Shown: positions 37,939 to 53,017, counted from the whole stretch's first letter. The stretch: 62,517 nt of DNA, filler included, from Sluysia triapertura (GCA_046118255.1; 5 parts of 5 records of this genome joined end to end with filler, not necessarily neighbours in it), one strand, 5' to 3'. Notes: a model not told the origin generated them from the letters alone. Translations and numbers: made by a program.

Positions 37939-40900
37939 CTGCTTTTTATAAATACGTTTTATTTTCCCAGAAAAAATAAAACTTTTAAAATACACTTAAA
38001 ATATTTTATAAACGAATTAATAATTAATAATTATTAATAATTAATAATTAAAGATCCTTTTGGATTTTATTGTTGCACTTTATCCATTTTAATTTATATA
38101 ATAAACATTCCAGTGTGTTTATTTTAGTTACAACATTCGAAGTAAGAATCTAAATCAGATAAATAGATTGATTAATTATAAGACCCTCATTAGATTGATT
38201 TGTAAGAAGAAAAAGGTGATTAGCGATTTTTAGTAATTTTATATTCTACGTTAATATTTGCTTAATATAGTTACAGAAACTCCCTCTTAATGACATTAGA
38301 CGTCTACTATAGCCGGACCATACCGTAGGTTAGGAATTAAGAAAATCACAGCATTACTTATGAACGTTCAAATCTCTATTTTTAATTAAGTTACAACAAA
38401 TCAACAAATTAATAATTGTTTATTAACACTCACTGAGCGCATATTGTATTACTTATCACTAAGCAGATAACTTAGCTCGTTTTAGGTTTAATTCTTGCTA
38501 ATTGAAAAATCGTGTATTTTAATGTTTAATACAATTCTGTTCTCTTTTTTAATATTTTAAATTATTGACAACAATTGGTCTGAAAATAACAAAAACGTGA
38601 CGTTCAGTTTTCGTAATTTTTATTAATAACACTATAATAGAGACAGATAGTAATAGTGCAAAAGACATAAGAATTAAAAAGAATTTAATAATTAAAGCCT
38701 ATTGGGCATTTAATTCAATAAACGATATTTTAATGTCAACAGATTTTAAGTTGATTTATGAGTAAAATAGCTTTAAAATTAAAACACTTACTAATTTAAT
38801 TATTAAAAATACTTTCAATACAGCTGTTACAGGCACTTAAAATTTGTAAAAAATAAGTCATGTGATAACAAATTGTGCTACTAACTTAAATGATTTTCAA
38901 CTGAAGCTCGTATTTTTACTAGTCAGCGACCAATCACAATCAAGTATAATTCTATAATTTTCTGGAAAATATTTATCTTTTTTGCGAAAATTCATAATTT
39001 TATAGGACTATGATGGCAACATTATTATTCATAATTTTATTTTATTAATAAACCTATTTAAAGCTATAGTCATTATACTATGAAGATAAATCGAGCATTA
39101 ATTAAGTCATAGAAATTACTTAAAATTTAACTAGATTCGCATACAAGTTTGATAAATTAAATAAAGTTATGCACAAATAAATTAAATAGTCGTATTTAAC
39201 GTATTACTATTATAATAATAATTAGACCTACCAAGATAAAATTTATAAATAGATTGATAAAATCTTAGATTGGTTAGAAGTAGCATACTCTAGGCGAACC
39301 CATGATTTAAGACCTACCAAGATAAAATAACTGGCATTATTATGTTCATTATTGTTACTATGGATGTTATAATTACCATATTTGTTTATATTTGTTTATA
39401 TTTTGGAAACAAAGTATTAAATGATTTTACAATATTTATCTTCATTCTAAGAATATCTGAGAATAAAAGCTCATACATGTATATGACATTTTTAGATCTT
39501 ATAGTATAAATATAATATAACATTAAAATTTTTTCAAATAAAGTATATGTAACTTCAACTCTCTTATATATTGGAAATTGTTCAATAAGAATTTCATAAA
39601 TTAGATTTAATTAGATTTTAAGATTTGTTTTAAAATTAATTTCCCATCACTATAAGCATTTTTTATAATTTTACTTATGGTTAGTCTTAATAGTCATTCA
39701 TAATGCTAAGTGATTTAAATTTCTGATACTTTATATTTTATAATTTTAATTTTAATTAATATTAAATAACTTTAATAAATATTTATTTATTAAATTAAAT
39801 CGTAAGCATAATTTTCTTGCCATTCAAATGTAACTAAAAATAAAAATTAAAATTACTACATACAAAATATTTTTTTAAATAATAAATTTATAATTGAAAA
39901 AATGTTTATTTCTTATTTTGTGTACATAAAGTTGCTCTGGAGATAAACTTTATATTTAAAATTTATATTTATGCAATGTTATACGCAGAATTGCTTTCGT
40001 GATTCAGTCTTTTCAAAATCTTTTGAAAATTATATATTTGTGTATTTATGGTCGAAAATTTTATGTATTTCCCTGTAAACACGTAAAACCACAAGACTCT
40101 ATTTTGTTAAATGTTTTAAATGTATTTTAATTATAATGTTAAATATACAATTTACATATAAAACTTTTTAATTACTTTTCATATTGTTAGTATTTTAGTA
40201 ATAGAAATACTGCTTAAAAAGTTATTAAATGTATAAATGCATATGATTAATTAATTAACATACACAAGTATGGATTGTCAAAAAATTTTTAATTTAGCAA
40301 TTAAAAATATAATAAAATTTATTCATTTTCTAATTTCATGAAAATATCTATTAAATATTTTCAGTTTTGATTTTTAGTTTATAAAATGTTTTAAGATAAC
40401 TAAAATTTCGAAAGTGTCTTCACTCAGCTTTAAATTTGAATTTTATGAAATAACATGATGTGTAAAATTTTGAAAACAATAAATTAAAAAATTTAGTTAT
40501 AAAGCGAAAATAGCAATAGTAATGATAATTTATGACATACTAGTTATCAACTTTTAGGTACATGAATATTTATTAGCATAAATATATGTAAATGATGTAA
40601 TTTACCAATATTACCTTTTTTTACGTTGATAGATATATTGGTATTAACATATTTTTTAGTGTAATAAAATGTATTGTATGATTAGTTCAACAAGTTTATT
40701 AACATTTCGTGCCGAATTATTTTACAAATTTTCTCTGCACATATACAGCTGCATAATTTATAACAGATTTGTGATGTCTTGTGTTTTGTGATTTACATTT
40801 TTTTTACATTTCACTATTTTTTGAAAATCTAATGGGATATATAACTCATTAAGCGCGAAAGAGTTGATTCGAACTTACCTTAATGAAACTTTATAACAAT

Positions 40901-42619
40901 TTTTCTAATGTAATTACTCGACGCAATTTTTTCAAGGTTATGTAATTGTGTGGTTTTATTGAATTTTCATAAGGTAATATCACCGCAGAAAATTAGGTAC
41001 AAATGTTTTAATTTGTTATCAATTTAAATGTAACTAAAATTTATTAAAGATTGTAAGCAGATATTAAAATATTGCTTAAAACCTATATAAATAAAAGTAA
41101 CGAGAATATTAAATTTTTTCTTTCATGGTGAATTTTTTCTTCGAATTAGATCCTCTAAAATTTATGTATTCTTCAATAAAATTTAAAAACTTTTAAAAAT
41201 CGAGTTATTGTGTTGAACAACTGTGAATGTATTATGAAAAATTTAGGATTTTATATTAATATTTGTCGTTAACCTTGACATGCATTAAATTTAAACAAAT
41301 ATTATAAACAAATATTTTATTTAATATTTTAATCTTTAGTTTTAATAATATAAATTAATAATTTATTTTAATAATTTTAACAAATAAGATTATTTTATTT
41401 AACTGTTCAGATTTTTTATTAAAACTTTAACTGGACAATTATAAAATACTTTAGACGGGTCCGCCTATAATCTAAGGTTTATATCTCGCGGAAGACTTAG
41501 TTATAGGATTTAATATGTCAGTGCTTCGAAAGAGTCTTTAGTCTTAATGCTGTTTATTAATGGAGGGTCTTTTGTCTATATCTTTTCTTTATTTAATTTA
41601 TTTATTATTAATCACTAATTATAACAAACTCAATTACTCTATGAATTATTTATTATATAAGAACAAACTAAAAAGAAAACTTGATTTTACAAATCGAATA
41701 TAAATAATATATATATATATATATATACTTTAGGATTTCTCCTAATGAATTATCAAACAAGATTTTAATGTGATTTTAACCCAGGTGAATACTTGGGTGT
41801 GGAAAAATAATGTTAGTTTACGTGGATTTTGACACTGAAAATGTCTGTGAAATACTTACAATAAATAGCTTACGGTTAATTTCAATAGATATTATGCTGC
41901 TTCCAATGACTGTCTACAATAGCCGTATTATAAATTCTCCAATGAATTCCAATTTAATATATTCTCCAAAGACAATCTCAATTAGCGAATATTCCAATAA
42001 GTATTCCAAAGACGCAACCTTTTTCGTAAAAATCTCTCCGTCAAAAATTTTAAATTATCTTTCTATTGTGTGACTATTCAATAAAATCGTAAGCTATTTA
42101 TATGATTTTTGTTAGTTTCGGCATAGATAAATATAAAAGTTAATTTCGGCAAATATAATAAGTCAACAGATAAAAAATGTAGATAATAATTATTTCAGTA
42201 AATACAATCTTTTTTGTAATTATCTCGGTAACTATTATCTTTGCACTTTTAATTAATTAATTATAAACTAAATTATTTTAAAACAAAATATTTATAAACT
42301 TAAACATTTACAAAATATTTAATATTTACACTTATTTTTCTAAATTACTTTATTTTCAGATTTATTTACAGGACAAAATTTTAGCATGAATTCTTTTTAA
42401 TATTTCTAAAAATAAGGAAAAAAGAAAGGATAAAATTGTTTGTAAATATTATAGTTAAAACTGTTTTAGTCTTTAACGTTTTATTAATAATTTAGTTTAC
42501 CTCCATTTTAACCATCAGTATAACAGGGAAACTTAACTTTTTATTTTTTAAAAAAAATTATATTTGGCTGTATTTTAAGATACTAATTTTCTAATTTTTT
42601 AATTTTCTAATATCACCTT

Positions 42620-42977
42620 AAGAAAAATAACATACATTTAACAAGGAATTGATGAAAATATTCTCCAAATTGATCGCTGAAGTCCTTCAAGGTCTAATTG
42701 AACTAAAAATTTAAAATGGCTGCTGAATAGTTAACACTTTAAAATTGACAATGAAAATCGATGGAATGTTATAAAACATTCTAAAACATTCTAGAAGCTT
42801 CTATTCCATTTTTAGAAGCGAATTTTCTTTTTTAGAAATTTTATTTTCTTTTTCGAAAATAATTTTACGTTTTTGAAAATTAAATACTTTTTCAGAAAAT
42901 AATTATTTTTAAGTGATTGTAAAGATTTATAAATAATTTTAAAGCATTTTATATGATTTTAGAGGGTTGTGATGACA
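42620..42977 (-). mobile_element. LTR-like family A copy
   Basis: Reverse complement starts tgtcatcacaaccct and contains gaaaattcgcttc..agcttctagaatg..gccatttt. Confidence 0.55.
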
Positions 42978-45900
42978 ACTAAACATAATTAGAGTTTATT
43001 TGTCCTTTACTATTTTTATCATTTTTTTATAACGATTTGTACTCTTGCATCCCATTTAATTCTTGATTAAAAGTACTATATTTTAATTTCTTAAACTTTC
43101 ATGCGAATTGACCTTGTCTACTGCAGTTAGACTGTGTCTTATAATTGTGTAATTGCAATTACTAGTTCTGCGAGGATTTTTGTTTCTAAATCACCATATT
43201 ATCATTTAGATTATTTGGCCGTCTAGGTAATGGTCTCTGTTCAAATTCTCATGGAACAATGTTACTCTGATAATTTCCTTCGAATTCTCTTGAGTCTATT
43301 CTGCTTGGGTTATATAATTACATCTTCTAAAATTGTTTGTGTTTCTTCTATCTCGAAAATTATTTACATTTCGATAATTATTATCTGATGAATTTCTATA
43401 CTTAAATAATTCACTTGTTTTATTTCTATTATTATCGATACTTAAATAACTTATATTATCTTTTCTTCAATTCGAGACCTTTTGATACCTCTTAATTTCT
43501 TAAATATTTCTTTAAAAGGCTTATTATCTATTAAACTTACACAAATTTTTAAATCGGGATGTAACACACTTATAAATTTAACTATTTAAGTTATTTATTT
43601 CTTATCTTCTGGAATTTTCGCTCTTGAATTTGCGCAGAAAATTCATATACAATTCAAGTGGCTTTTGCTTTCCAATGCTTAGCAATTTCGCATAATATTT
43701 TCCTATATCATCTAAAGAAATTTCCTCTGTGAATACGTTAAATAAAGTATTCCAGTTTTGCTTTCTTGAATTATCAATTTCTTTATATGTTTGAATTTCT
43801 ATGCTTGTTAAGAATTTTTGAATTCGATCTCCATCAGCCCTTAGCTACTGCTATGATATCGTATTCAAGCAAGAAGTCATAAAGCTCTTCTTCACTTCCT
43901 CTAAACTCATGAATTTCTCATAGAAGTACTACAGGTTTAATATTATTTGCATTTTGTGATATGTATTCGTTAAACTCATTCATGTGTTATGAATGAGTTT
44001 ATATAAATTAGCACATCCAAGTGAAGATACTAAAGTTTCCACAAACATGATAGTTATTCCAGATTTTTTTATCAGTGTTTTAATTATTTTCGATTTTTAT
44101 AAATTTTATGGTGTATATCTATTTCACACAATATTTGTTAAATGTTTTGAATTTTTAAACTTATTTGTGAAGAATAGAACAGTCTTTAAGACTGAATTTT
44201 ATAAAGTTAAATTAAATTGTAATAATTTTTGTAATTTTCAATCAAATTCTAAATGCAAAAATTTTAATCTAATAAAATTGACAAATATCTTCAAAGATAA
44301 GAGATCTGCCAGTGTCATGTATATTAGTTTATATATTATTTATATTAGCATGCATATTGTATATTAGAATAATGTTGTTAATGTATGTAATGTAAATATT
44401 TAATTTTATTTATATTTATTGTGTTATATTAACTGTATAATCAAATAATGACTATTTAAAAATAATTTAATTATAATATTACCAAATTTAACATTAATGA
44501 ATATTAAAAAATCACCAAATAATTTAACAAAATAAAAACAAAATCTTAACTAAAAATATTATTAATAAAAGTATATGTTATTAGTTAATGTATTATAAAA
44601 ATACATTTTATTAGGTTTGAAAATTATATGAATCATAACTAGATCTTTTTAAGGTCAAAATAAGAATGTAAATACAAATTATTTTTCATTGCACAACTCA
44701 CAGAATTCTGATTTTATAACCGCACGAAATTTTTGACTTTATAATATTTTCATTTTCAAAATGTGGTATCGATAATGGATTAATATTTCTTCTCAAAAAG
44801 TGGTACCGATATTTGATTACGAGATTTGCAAGTTACTATAATAGTTGTTGTCTCTGGAGATTCTGAAAGCTTTCTGACTAAACTCAATTGTAGTTTACGG
44901 AATCTTAAAATTTGTCTTTGTTAATTTTATTTAATTAGTGAAAATAAAATACGTGAAACATTATTCTTTGTATATAAAAATTTGTCGAGTAACTGTTTAA
45001 AGGTTGCCAAGTAAATGTCTAATTTAAAATACATTAAACAAAGATTATTATTTATTATAATAATAATCTCAATAAAATATTATTATTTCATATCTTTCAA
45101 AAATCTTTGTAACCATTATTGTTCTTAACATGATAATCATTATTTTAAAGTTATATTTGAATTTTTACCTAAGTTTTTATTTCATTAATAAAAATTAATA
45201 ACTTCATAGAGCTCTTAAGTTTATAACCATTTCATAAAATCACCTTTTATTGATCTGTATAAATTAGATCAAAAATAAAATAATATAACTTTCATAGTTA
45301 TAATATTCACTAAAATCCACAGTCCTAAATCACATTGTATTAAAGGTTCTATTTATAAGAAACTTCAGTAAAATTATATTTCTTTTCAGGTTCTAAATCA
45401 AATCCGTTGCATAATTAACTCGCGATTTAGCGAAAAATTGAGTTGAGTAGAGTTTTTCTTAAGATCTAAATTAATTTAATCCTCCCTCTAAAGAGGATCA
45501 CGAATCTGTAGCCTTCACAATTTAATACTTAGCAACCTTAGTTAAAATGAACTTGGAATATCTGCTTTTTAGTAACTGACCTCCAACAATTTTATTCATT
45601 TCCTTTAAAAGCCTGCGGACTAGCCATAACTCGTAAGACTAGGATCGTAGGTGAAGTAACAACATAAATTCCATTTATTGTTAGGAAAAAACAAAAAAAT
45701 TTCAACAGATTATATAAAGCTCATACAAAGATAATTAATATAATTCATTTTAATAGTTTTAATGGCACTCTAGGCTTTCCTTTAACGTTACACCAGTGAG
45801 TACTTCAACAACGAATTGTATTATTGCATTCTTAAGACGAATAATCCGGCTTACATAGTTGTTTGAAGAATGTTTCATAATATTACTTTACTAACCTTTT

Positions 45901-47669
45901 TAATAAAATAGCCACAGACTTATAACATCACATATACATAATTTTCTCAGATCGAATAAAATCACAATTTTGGTATTATCGCGTTCAATCAGCAGCTTCA
46001 TCCTGATTTCTTTTAAAAAACCTTTAGACAGATTCAAATATTTGTCTTTGATCTTAAGTCAATAAGATCATTTATGATCTACCTTTTACAACATATATTT
46101 TAATTTAAAACAATTCAATGTAAATAAAATAAGATATAATAAACTACTTAAATTAAGAAAAACGAGAAATAACATTTAATAAACTCATAAAATCAATATC
46201 ATCAATTGCGTCTAATTTTTTAATGTTTTTACCTAATGTTAAATTTGATTTATAAAGAATGTGTGTGAGTTCACTTACGATCCTAGGCATACGTATTACA
46301 ACTAGTTCGTAAGATTTTAAAGAATAATAATGTACACTACAGGAGGTGAAAACATTAAGACAAAGTTAGGCGAAGTGACTGCAAAGATTTCTTATGATGT
46401 ATTATCCTTTATTAAATATAATTTCAAATTAAATGTCTTATTGAAGTTTTACTTCTTATTAAGTTTATTAAGGTTCTTTCTTAAATATAGCCGTTCAAAA
46501 TTATTTTATTCTGGTTCCTTTTTTAAATGGAACCTTAAAGATAATAATTGTATTGAATTTAAAAAATTGTGATTGTCTTACTTCTGATGATTAAAATCAA
46601 ATAGGATTTATTTTTTTTGATAATTTGAACCTATTAATAAATAAATTTATTATTATTATTATAAAGAACTTCTGAAAGCTCTAATTTAATTTAAAAAAAG
46701 TTAAAAAGCAATCGAATAGTAATGAAGATTTATTAACTAAGCGGTAAAATGTGGTGATTGTATGTATAGAATACATCAATATGTATAAAGGGTAATGGTT
46801 ATAATAGTTTATTAAGATTATTATTACTATTATGGGAATAATCTTTTAATTATTGATTGTAAAAATTTGAGACATGAAAATTAAAAATTCAGATTTTGCA
46901 TTACATTTTACTTTGCAATTATTTAAAAAATTGCGCAGACTTAATTAAATAAAATTAACGATTTTTATACAAAGTGGTAATTCTTCTCGAAAAATGGTAT
47001 AGATATAAAACAGTTATAAACGTCGATATAATTCATGTAAATTTGAAGAATATAAACGCTGATCTAATTCTGGTATAATGAATTAAAATAAACTTATAAA
47101 AATTATTTTGTCAATATTGTACAGATATTGTTCAATTATTTATAGCAATTTAATGACTTTGACAATTTATTACACTATTTAAAAACTAATGTAAAAACCT
47201 AAAATTAAAAATAAAGAAAAAATAATTTATAATGTAAGAACTGTAGATAATATATTATTAAACGGTACTTGCGAAATGGGTAGCACAAGAAACATACGTT
47301 GTAAGTCTAAGATCTTTCAATGAAAGTTTCAATTTAGAAAAAAGAACTACTATGTCACAACCATTTTATAGAAGTGACCGAACTAGTTGCGATACTGGTA
47401 AGTCAATATTAATATATGAATAGGAAAAATTTCAATGCCCTTTAATATTTTTAAAACAAATCAAATTTAACTTAGTTTCAGGATTTATGTATCAAGATGA
47501 TGATGAATTAGCAGTGGAAGAAATAAACAAAAAATTCACAAAGATAATTTAGATTTACCACAAAGAAAACGACTTAATGAAGTAGAAACACCGAAATTAC
47601 TAATGGCCAATAAAGAAGAAGATGGATTTTCCCTCCAGAAGAAAGAAGAGGAAAGAAATTTCATGCAAA

Positions 47670-50550
47670 ACCAACTGATCCTTCCATATCAAGTTTCCTT
47701 CTTCGCAAAAACTATGATAAGGAAACTTCAACAGTGATTCAGAAACTACTTAGTGAGGAAGTGGTAGATTTACAGTATCCTTCTATGAATTCCCTTATTT
47801 CACAATTTTGCGCTTCAGAATATCCCAACTTTACTCATTCAGATTTATTAAAATTACCTCACGGATTTACCTATTGATGTAGAATAAATTAAAACCGTTT
47901 ATGCAACCTGCGATAAATCTTCCTCCATGGTCCATCTGGTGTTTCTTTCCTTGACTGGCAATTAATAGATCCTCAGTTTCATTTGTATTCCGTTTATTCA
48001 ACCATATCCATTATACAGCTGATATTCAGCAACAATGGAAAACGTTTCACACCCACCTTATACTTAAGCCTGGAATAGGTGATAATTCATGGCGACCCAT
48101 TCCAATCATAGATACTTCCTATCGCCTTTACACGAAAATCCTTAACTCGAGATTAATTGGCTGGATGAAAGCTGGATCTCTGATTAATCCAATACAGAAA
48201 GCATTAATTCATCCTGATGCTTGCTTGGACACATTTATACACTACAAACCTTTTTACACGCCAGCACAACTCACTTACCAAGATCTCCGTTGTTTGTTTG
48301 TTGGCTTGATTATTCAAATGCTTTGGCTCTGTGTCACACGACTATTTATTTTGGCTGCTTGAAAATTCTGGCTTACAAAAACCAACACTTTCATTATTGA
48401 AGAACCTATATAGTGATAATTCTTGTACTTACTCTCTTGGGAATCACAAATCAACTCCTGTTCCAGTAAAAGTTGGTGTTAAGCAAGGCTGCTTCATATA
48501 TATGACTCTTTTCTGCCTTGCTATTGAATCTTTACTTCGATTTGTTATTTGTGAAATCTCTCCGTTTCCTTATTTAGGATATTCCTTTACTTGCCTTGTT
48601 TATGCTGATGACATAATGATAATATCTGATTCTACAACATAATTTAAATGCACTTTCTATTATTTCTTCTTTCATAAATCTGAAATTTCGCAAGATAAAT
48701 GCGGCTATCTGAATAATATTAAGAAAAATGTAGAACCACCTTTGAGTATTTATAACATTCCAGTTCCTAATATTGATTCTAAAAATCATTACACCTATCT
48801 CGACTCAAAAATTTGTAGTGCTAAACATCTATCAATAGAATCCCTACTTCACACTGCTCTCTCTGATCGTTCAAAGATTTTAAACTCTCGCCTTCATCTA
48901 ATAAAGAAAATAGGGCAATAAAAATCTTTATACTTTCACGATTTCCTTATCGTTTTAGAGCATGTAAAATTCTAAGAACTCAGTTTGGAAAGGCAAAAAT
49001 ACACTCTAATGATTTAAATATTGAAAATGATACTTCCTCCTTTGATAGGAGTTTTAGAAACCTTCTTCGACCTGCCCTTGAAATACATTTTCGCTCTACC
49101 TCTATTGACTTCTTCTATGACTTGGAAGGGCTTGGTTTTACCTCCCTCCACAGTGAATGCTTAATTCAAACAGTAGTTCATTGCTTCAGAATTTTTATCT
49201 CCACGGATAAAACGTTACGCTATTTTTCTCTTGATTACCTTAAATTAGATGCCAAACTGTACTTTCGGAATCCTGACTTTATTACAACCCTCAACTGGCC
49301 CTCTGGTATTATTGACTCTGAAATGTATCCCTTCAAACCTGCGCTTTGGTCTAATGTTAGGGATTGTTGTAAAACATTGAAATCTAAACATAACATTCAA
49401 GTTTTGTTTGCCTTTGCTGAAGATTCCTTTTCTATCAATATTTCCCTTCAAGATACTTCTATTCTTTCACAAAGGATGAAAAGGATAACCTTACTAAGGC
49501 TTTCCACCAACTAACTGGGTTATCTCATTTCTATCGTTGGCAATCCTTGAAGTGTCAATTCCTGCTTACCTCATCTCTTGCACAATCTCGCATCACAAAT
49601 AGACTGCTGTTGAATTCTGAACTTCTGGATAACATTTTCTTTTTTCTACTTAAAGCATGAACTAATACTCTAGCACTTAACTTTATTGGCAGAACTTCAA
49701 ATTGAACATTCCTACAAATTGTCGAAGATGTGCATTCAAATGTGAATCTGCTCCGCATGTGCTTAATCATTGTATCTTTAATTCTAACCTTATCACTATG
49801 CGACACAATCTCGCACTCAAACTTGTTACAAACTTTCTCCAAGATAATGGTATTGATGTAGATTGTGATGTTCAGTGCACTAATTTTTCCAATCGCTCTG
49901 ATGTTCCTGATGAAATTAAACGCAAGTGAAATTTGACAAGTGTTACTACTTAATTGATGTTAAAACACCATTTGACAAAATTGTTTCTTATCCTGATATT
50001 CACAAAAAAATTCCTTAAAATATTCATCTTTTTCTCAACATCTAAGTAAAATTGTTCGTTGTAAAGTTAAAATTTTCATCCTAATACTCCCCATACTTGG
50101 CACAATGAACCCAGAAAATGTAACTATCCTTAAAAAATTCAAATTAAGTAAACATGTTATTAATAAACTCTTGGTTGACATCTCTTTGGATATGGTAAAG
50201 ATGTCATATCGCATCTACATCAATCACATTCTTTCTCGGTACCCAAAACTTCGCCGCAGTGCTGCTGTCCTGGCTCCAGTTCCAAGAACAGTTACAATTC
50301 CACAACCAATCCCAAATCTGGTTCCACTTACAGTTCCTGCTGCTGCTGATCCTGCATAGAAAAACAATATTATTAATTATTACCTTTTATGCGATTTTAC
50401 ATTCTAATCCTCATGAGTTATCATTCTCTCATTTTTATATGAAAATCATTATTTATGTACTGCCTTCGGGCAAAGATTTTCAATTTGTAATTAATATATT
50501 TTCCGTATTATTATTTTATTTGTAATCTTGTAATATTTTAATTTGTAAAA
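47670..50550 (+). mobile_element. Decayed R2/NeSL-type non-LTR retrotransposon (RT, CCHC zinc finger, RLE)
   Basis: WKTF..LILKPG..WRPI..YRLYTKILNSRL; NAFGSVSH (frameshifted); GVKQGC; YADD; EGLG; CRRCAFKCESAPHVLNHC..RHN..PD; multiple stops and frameshifts. Confidence 0.9.
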
Positions 50551-50569
50551 AAAGTATTAATAATAATAA

Positions 50570-51170
50570 TAAAATATTAATTTATAATGCGCTCATATCT
50601 ACTGCGAAAGTACTCAAAAGCTCTTAAGGTATTAGAAACTATTAAGTTATTATAATTTTAATTTTAAAAATTACTATTGTTGGGATTGCCCAACTGAAGA
50701 TCTAGAGATGAATGAAAATATATAAAATTATAAAATGAGGGAAAAACTGATACAAGTGATGGATTGAACATTATAAACATTGTTGAAATAAGAATCATGA
50801 TAAAGANNNNNNNNNNNNNNNNNNNNNNNNNNNNNNNNNNNNNNNNNNNNTTAATTAATTAANNNNNNNNNNNNNNNNNNNNNNNNNNNNNNNNNNNNNN
50901 NNNNNNTCTATCTGAAATTGAGTACAGCAAACCATTGTTAAAATCTATGTTGCTAGTTATCAATGAGTGAACAATAAGTTTAGGTGTTTCTTTATTAATA
51001 AATTTTCGAATATGTGATACTTTATTTAATTGATATTTACACTTTTTAACAATACGATTAATATTTTCTTCAATGTTCATTTTTGAATCCATATAAAACC
51101 TATATACTTTTTGCTTCGCATCTAGAAATGAATAAAATAAATGAATTATTTTGTATTCAATCACTTTATC
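50570..51170 (-). mobile_element. L2/CR1-type LINE 3' fragment (RT C-terminus and 3' tail); the two pieces are separated by the gap
   Basis: MDSKMNIEENINRIVKKCKYQL..IRKFI..LIVHSLITSNIDFNNGLL; tail agcttttgagt...agcgcattataaat; similar tails near 325 and 35290. Confidence 0.75.
50807..50906. other. Assembly gap/spacer with linker
   Basis: N44-TTAATTAATTAA-N44. Confidence 0.98.
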
Positions 51171-51389
51171 AAGTACAGTTTAATAGCGTTATTTAATAAT
51201 TTCTTCTAAAAAATATTCCACAACGAATACAACTATTCTAGATTTATTGAAAAGAATCTTAGGCCATCCTTTGGTTTGTCTTTTATATGTATAGATTGCA
51301 GCTAATTTATTTAAATTATCAGCTGATGTAATCTAAAAGTATAATTGGTTTTTATTTACTTTGTTTCTGAAAGTTAATTATATACATGC

Positions 51390-52150
51390 ATGTTGAAGGA
51401 AGAACAACTCAACATCTCAACATCTCAACAAACTTCAGAACATCTCCAGAGTAAGTCGACACTTTTCAATCTTGTATCCAAATTTGAAGTAGCTGGAACT
51501 ATGTCAAATTTTGAACATTTCTCGAACATCACTCCACCATACAGACTTCATCTTCTTCATGCTCTAAGTGAGGATGACCCAGATAAACGACTAGAATTTT
51601 TTGTGAGAATTTTTTATAATTTTGTGAAGAATCACCAGATTTTCCAGATTGCATTTTATGGATTGAGAAAACTGAATGGTCATGTTAACGGACATAAATG
51701 TATTTAGTGGGAGAGTGAGAATCATCTTCATATTATTGAAGCGGAAGTCAATATTCCTGGAGTCACAGTCTGGGTTGGAATCGGCAGCTCTGGCCTAGTT
51801 GACCCACTCTTCTTTGATGGAACTATTGTTAATGAGTTCCCCATTTCGGTGATCTTCATTTTCATCAAGATGGAGCACCTGTCCACTACACCAAATATGT
51901 TCGACAAGGGTTGATAAAATATTTCCTGGATGTTAGATTGGACGCCTGCAGATCATTTTTTATGGAAAGTTTATTCTAAAAAGCACAGGACAATTGCCAG
52001 AAAGTATGTCGCATTGTTGTCAGAAGATGTCGAGCTTGTGTGAAGTTCAAGGTGGACATTTGTAAATACTAAATATACCTATTACATGTGTTGTTTTTGA
52101 TATCTAATTTTTATTTAAGTTTGCAATTCGGTTACTTTTGGGACGTGTAG
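51390..52150 (+). mobile_element. Decayed Tc1/mariner-superfamily transposase
   Basis: PYRLHLLHALSEDDPDKRLEF; LNGHVN; VTVWVGI..G; FHQDGAPVHY. Confidence 0.85.
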
Positions 52151-52847
52151 CGTTCGAGACTTTGATGAACACATTTATTTTCTGTGTGATAGAATATCAA
52201 CAGATATTTTGGATTTATTATTTTCGATTGTTATTATCATTGTGATACTTAAAATAAATGTAGTGAAAAATTATCACAGCTTACATCTGTAACTTTCAGA
52301 TCAGGTGCAACAAATCTTTTACATTGATTCTTTTATATAATAATTTATTTATGTATGCTGTAATTGTGTTTTCAGAATCGCAGGAAGTCTAAATAATTGA
52401 ACTTTACCGAGCTGATTTATTGGGATATATATTGTCTCTCTAAATCAAACTAATTTTTCAGAAACTCTTACACCTCATATTGAATGATGTGGCTTACAGG
52501 AAAGTGTCACAAATTCATTCAAAATTTTCTTATTGTTGCTAATGATACGACTGGATTTATTATTAAACGTTTATTATTATTAACATTAATATTATATAAA
52601 CAAATATATAAATCAAGAAGATTATGCATATAGTTAAATATAGAATTATATACATAGATTAACTTTAATAAATTTTCTGCATATGAAAAACCAAATGATA
52701 AACATTAACGAAAATATTATTTATGTATTTTAAATTATTGAATTATTAAATATTAATAATATTACTTTCACATACTTTACCAAATTTATACATTTTTAAC
52801 TATTAAAAATACATTAAAAGAATGTTTTATTTTAAAAATATAATAAC

Positions 52848-53017
52848 CTAAATACAATATGAAATATAAGCATGATAGGAAAAACCATTTTGAGGTATGG
52901 ACTTGGTGCAAAACCCAAGAGACAAAGACAAACCAGTTGTATTAGTTGAAGTCCAGTAAAAATATGAAGTTTTCGTTGAGGTACTCGTCGTATATAATGA
53001 GATGGTGGATAGGCTGA
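52848..53017 (-). CDS. SLC4A11: SLC4A11-like transporter exon
   Basis: SAYPPSHYIRRVPQRKLHIFTGLQLIQL..PYLKMVFP; tag acceptor and ag|gttatt donor; final exon not located. Confidence 0.9.

Noticed and set aside
1317-46600. CTGAnGA hits (1317, 16574, 27254, 28305, 46584) as hammerhead cores
   Set aside because: No stem II plus GAAA and closing stems could be built.
52296-52311. gatcaggtgcaa, resembling the 3' end of a pistol ribozyme construct
   Set aside because: No upstream pistol core or stems; chance match.
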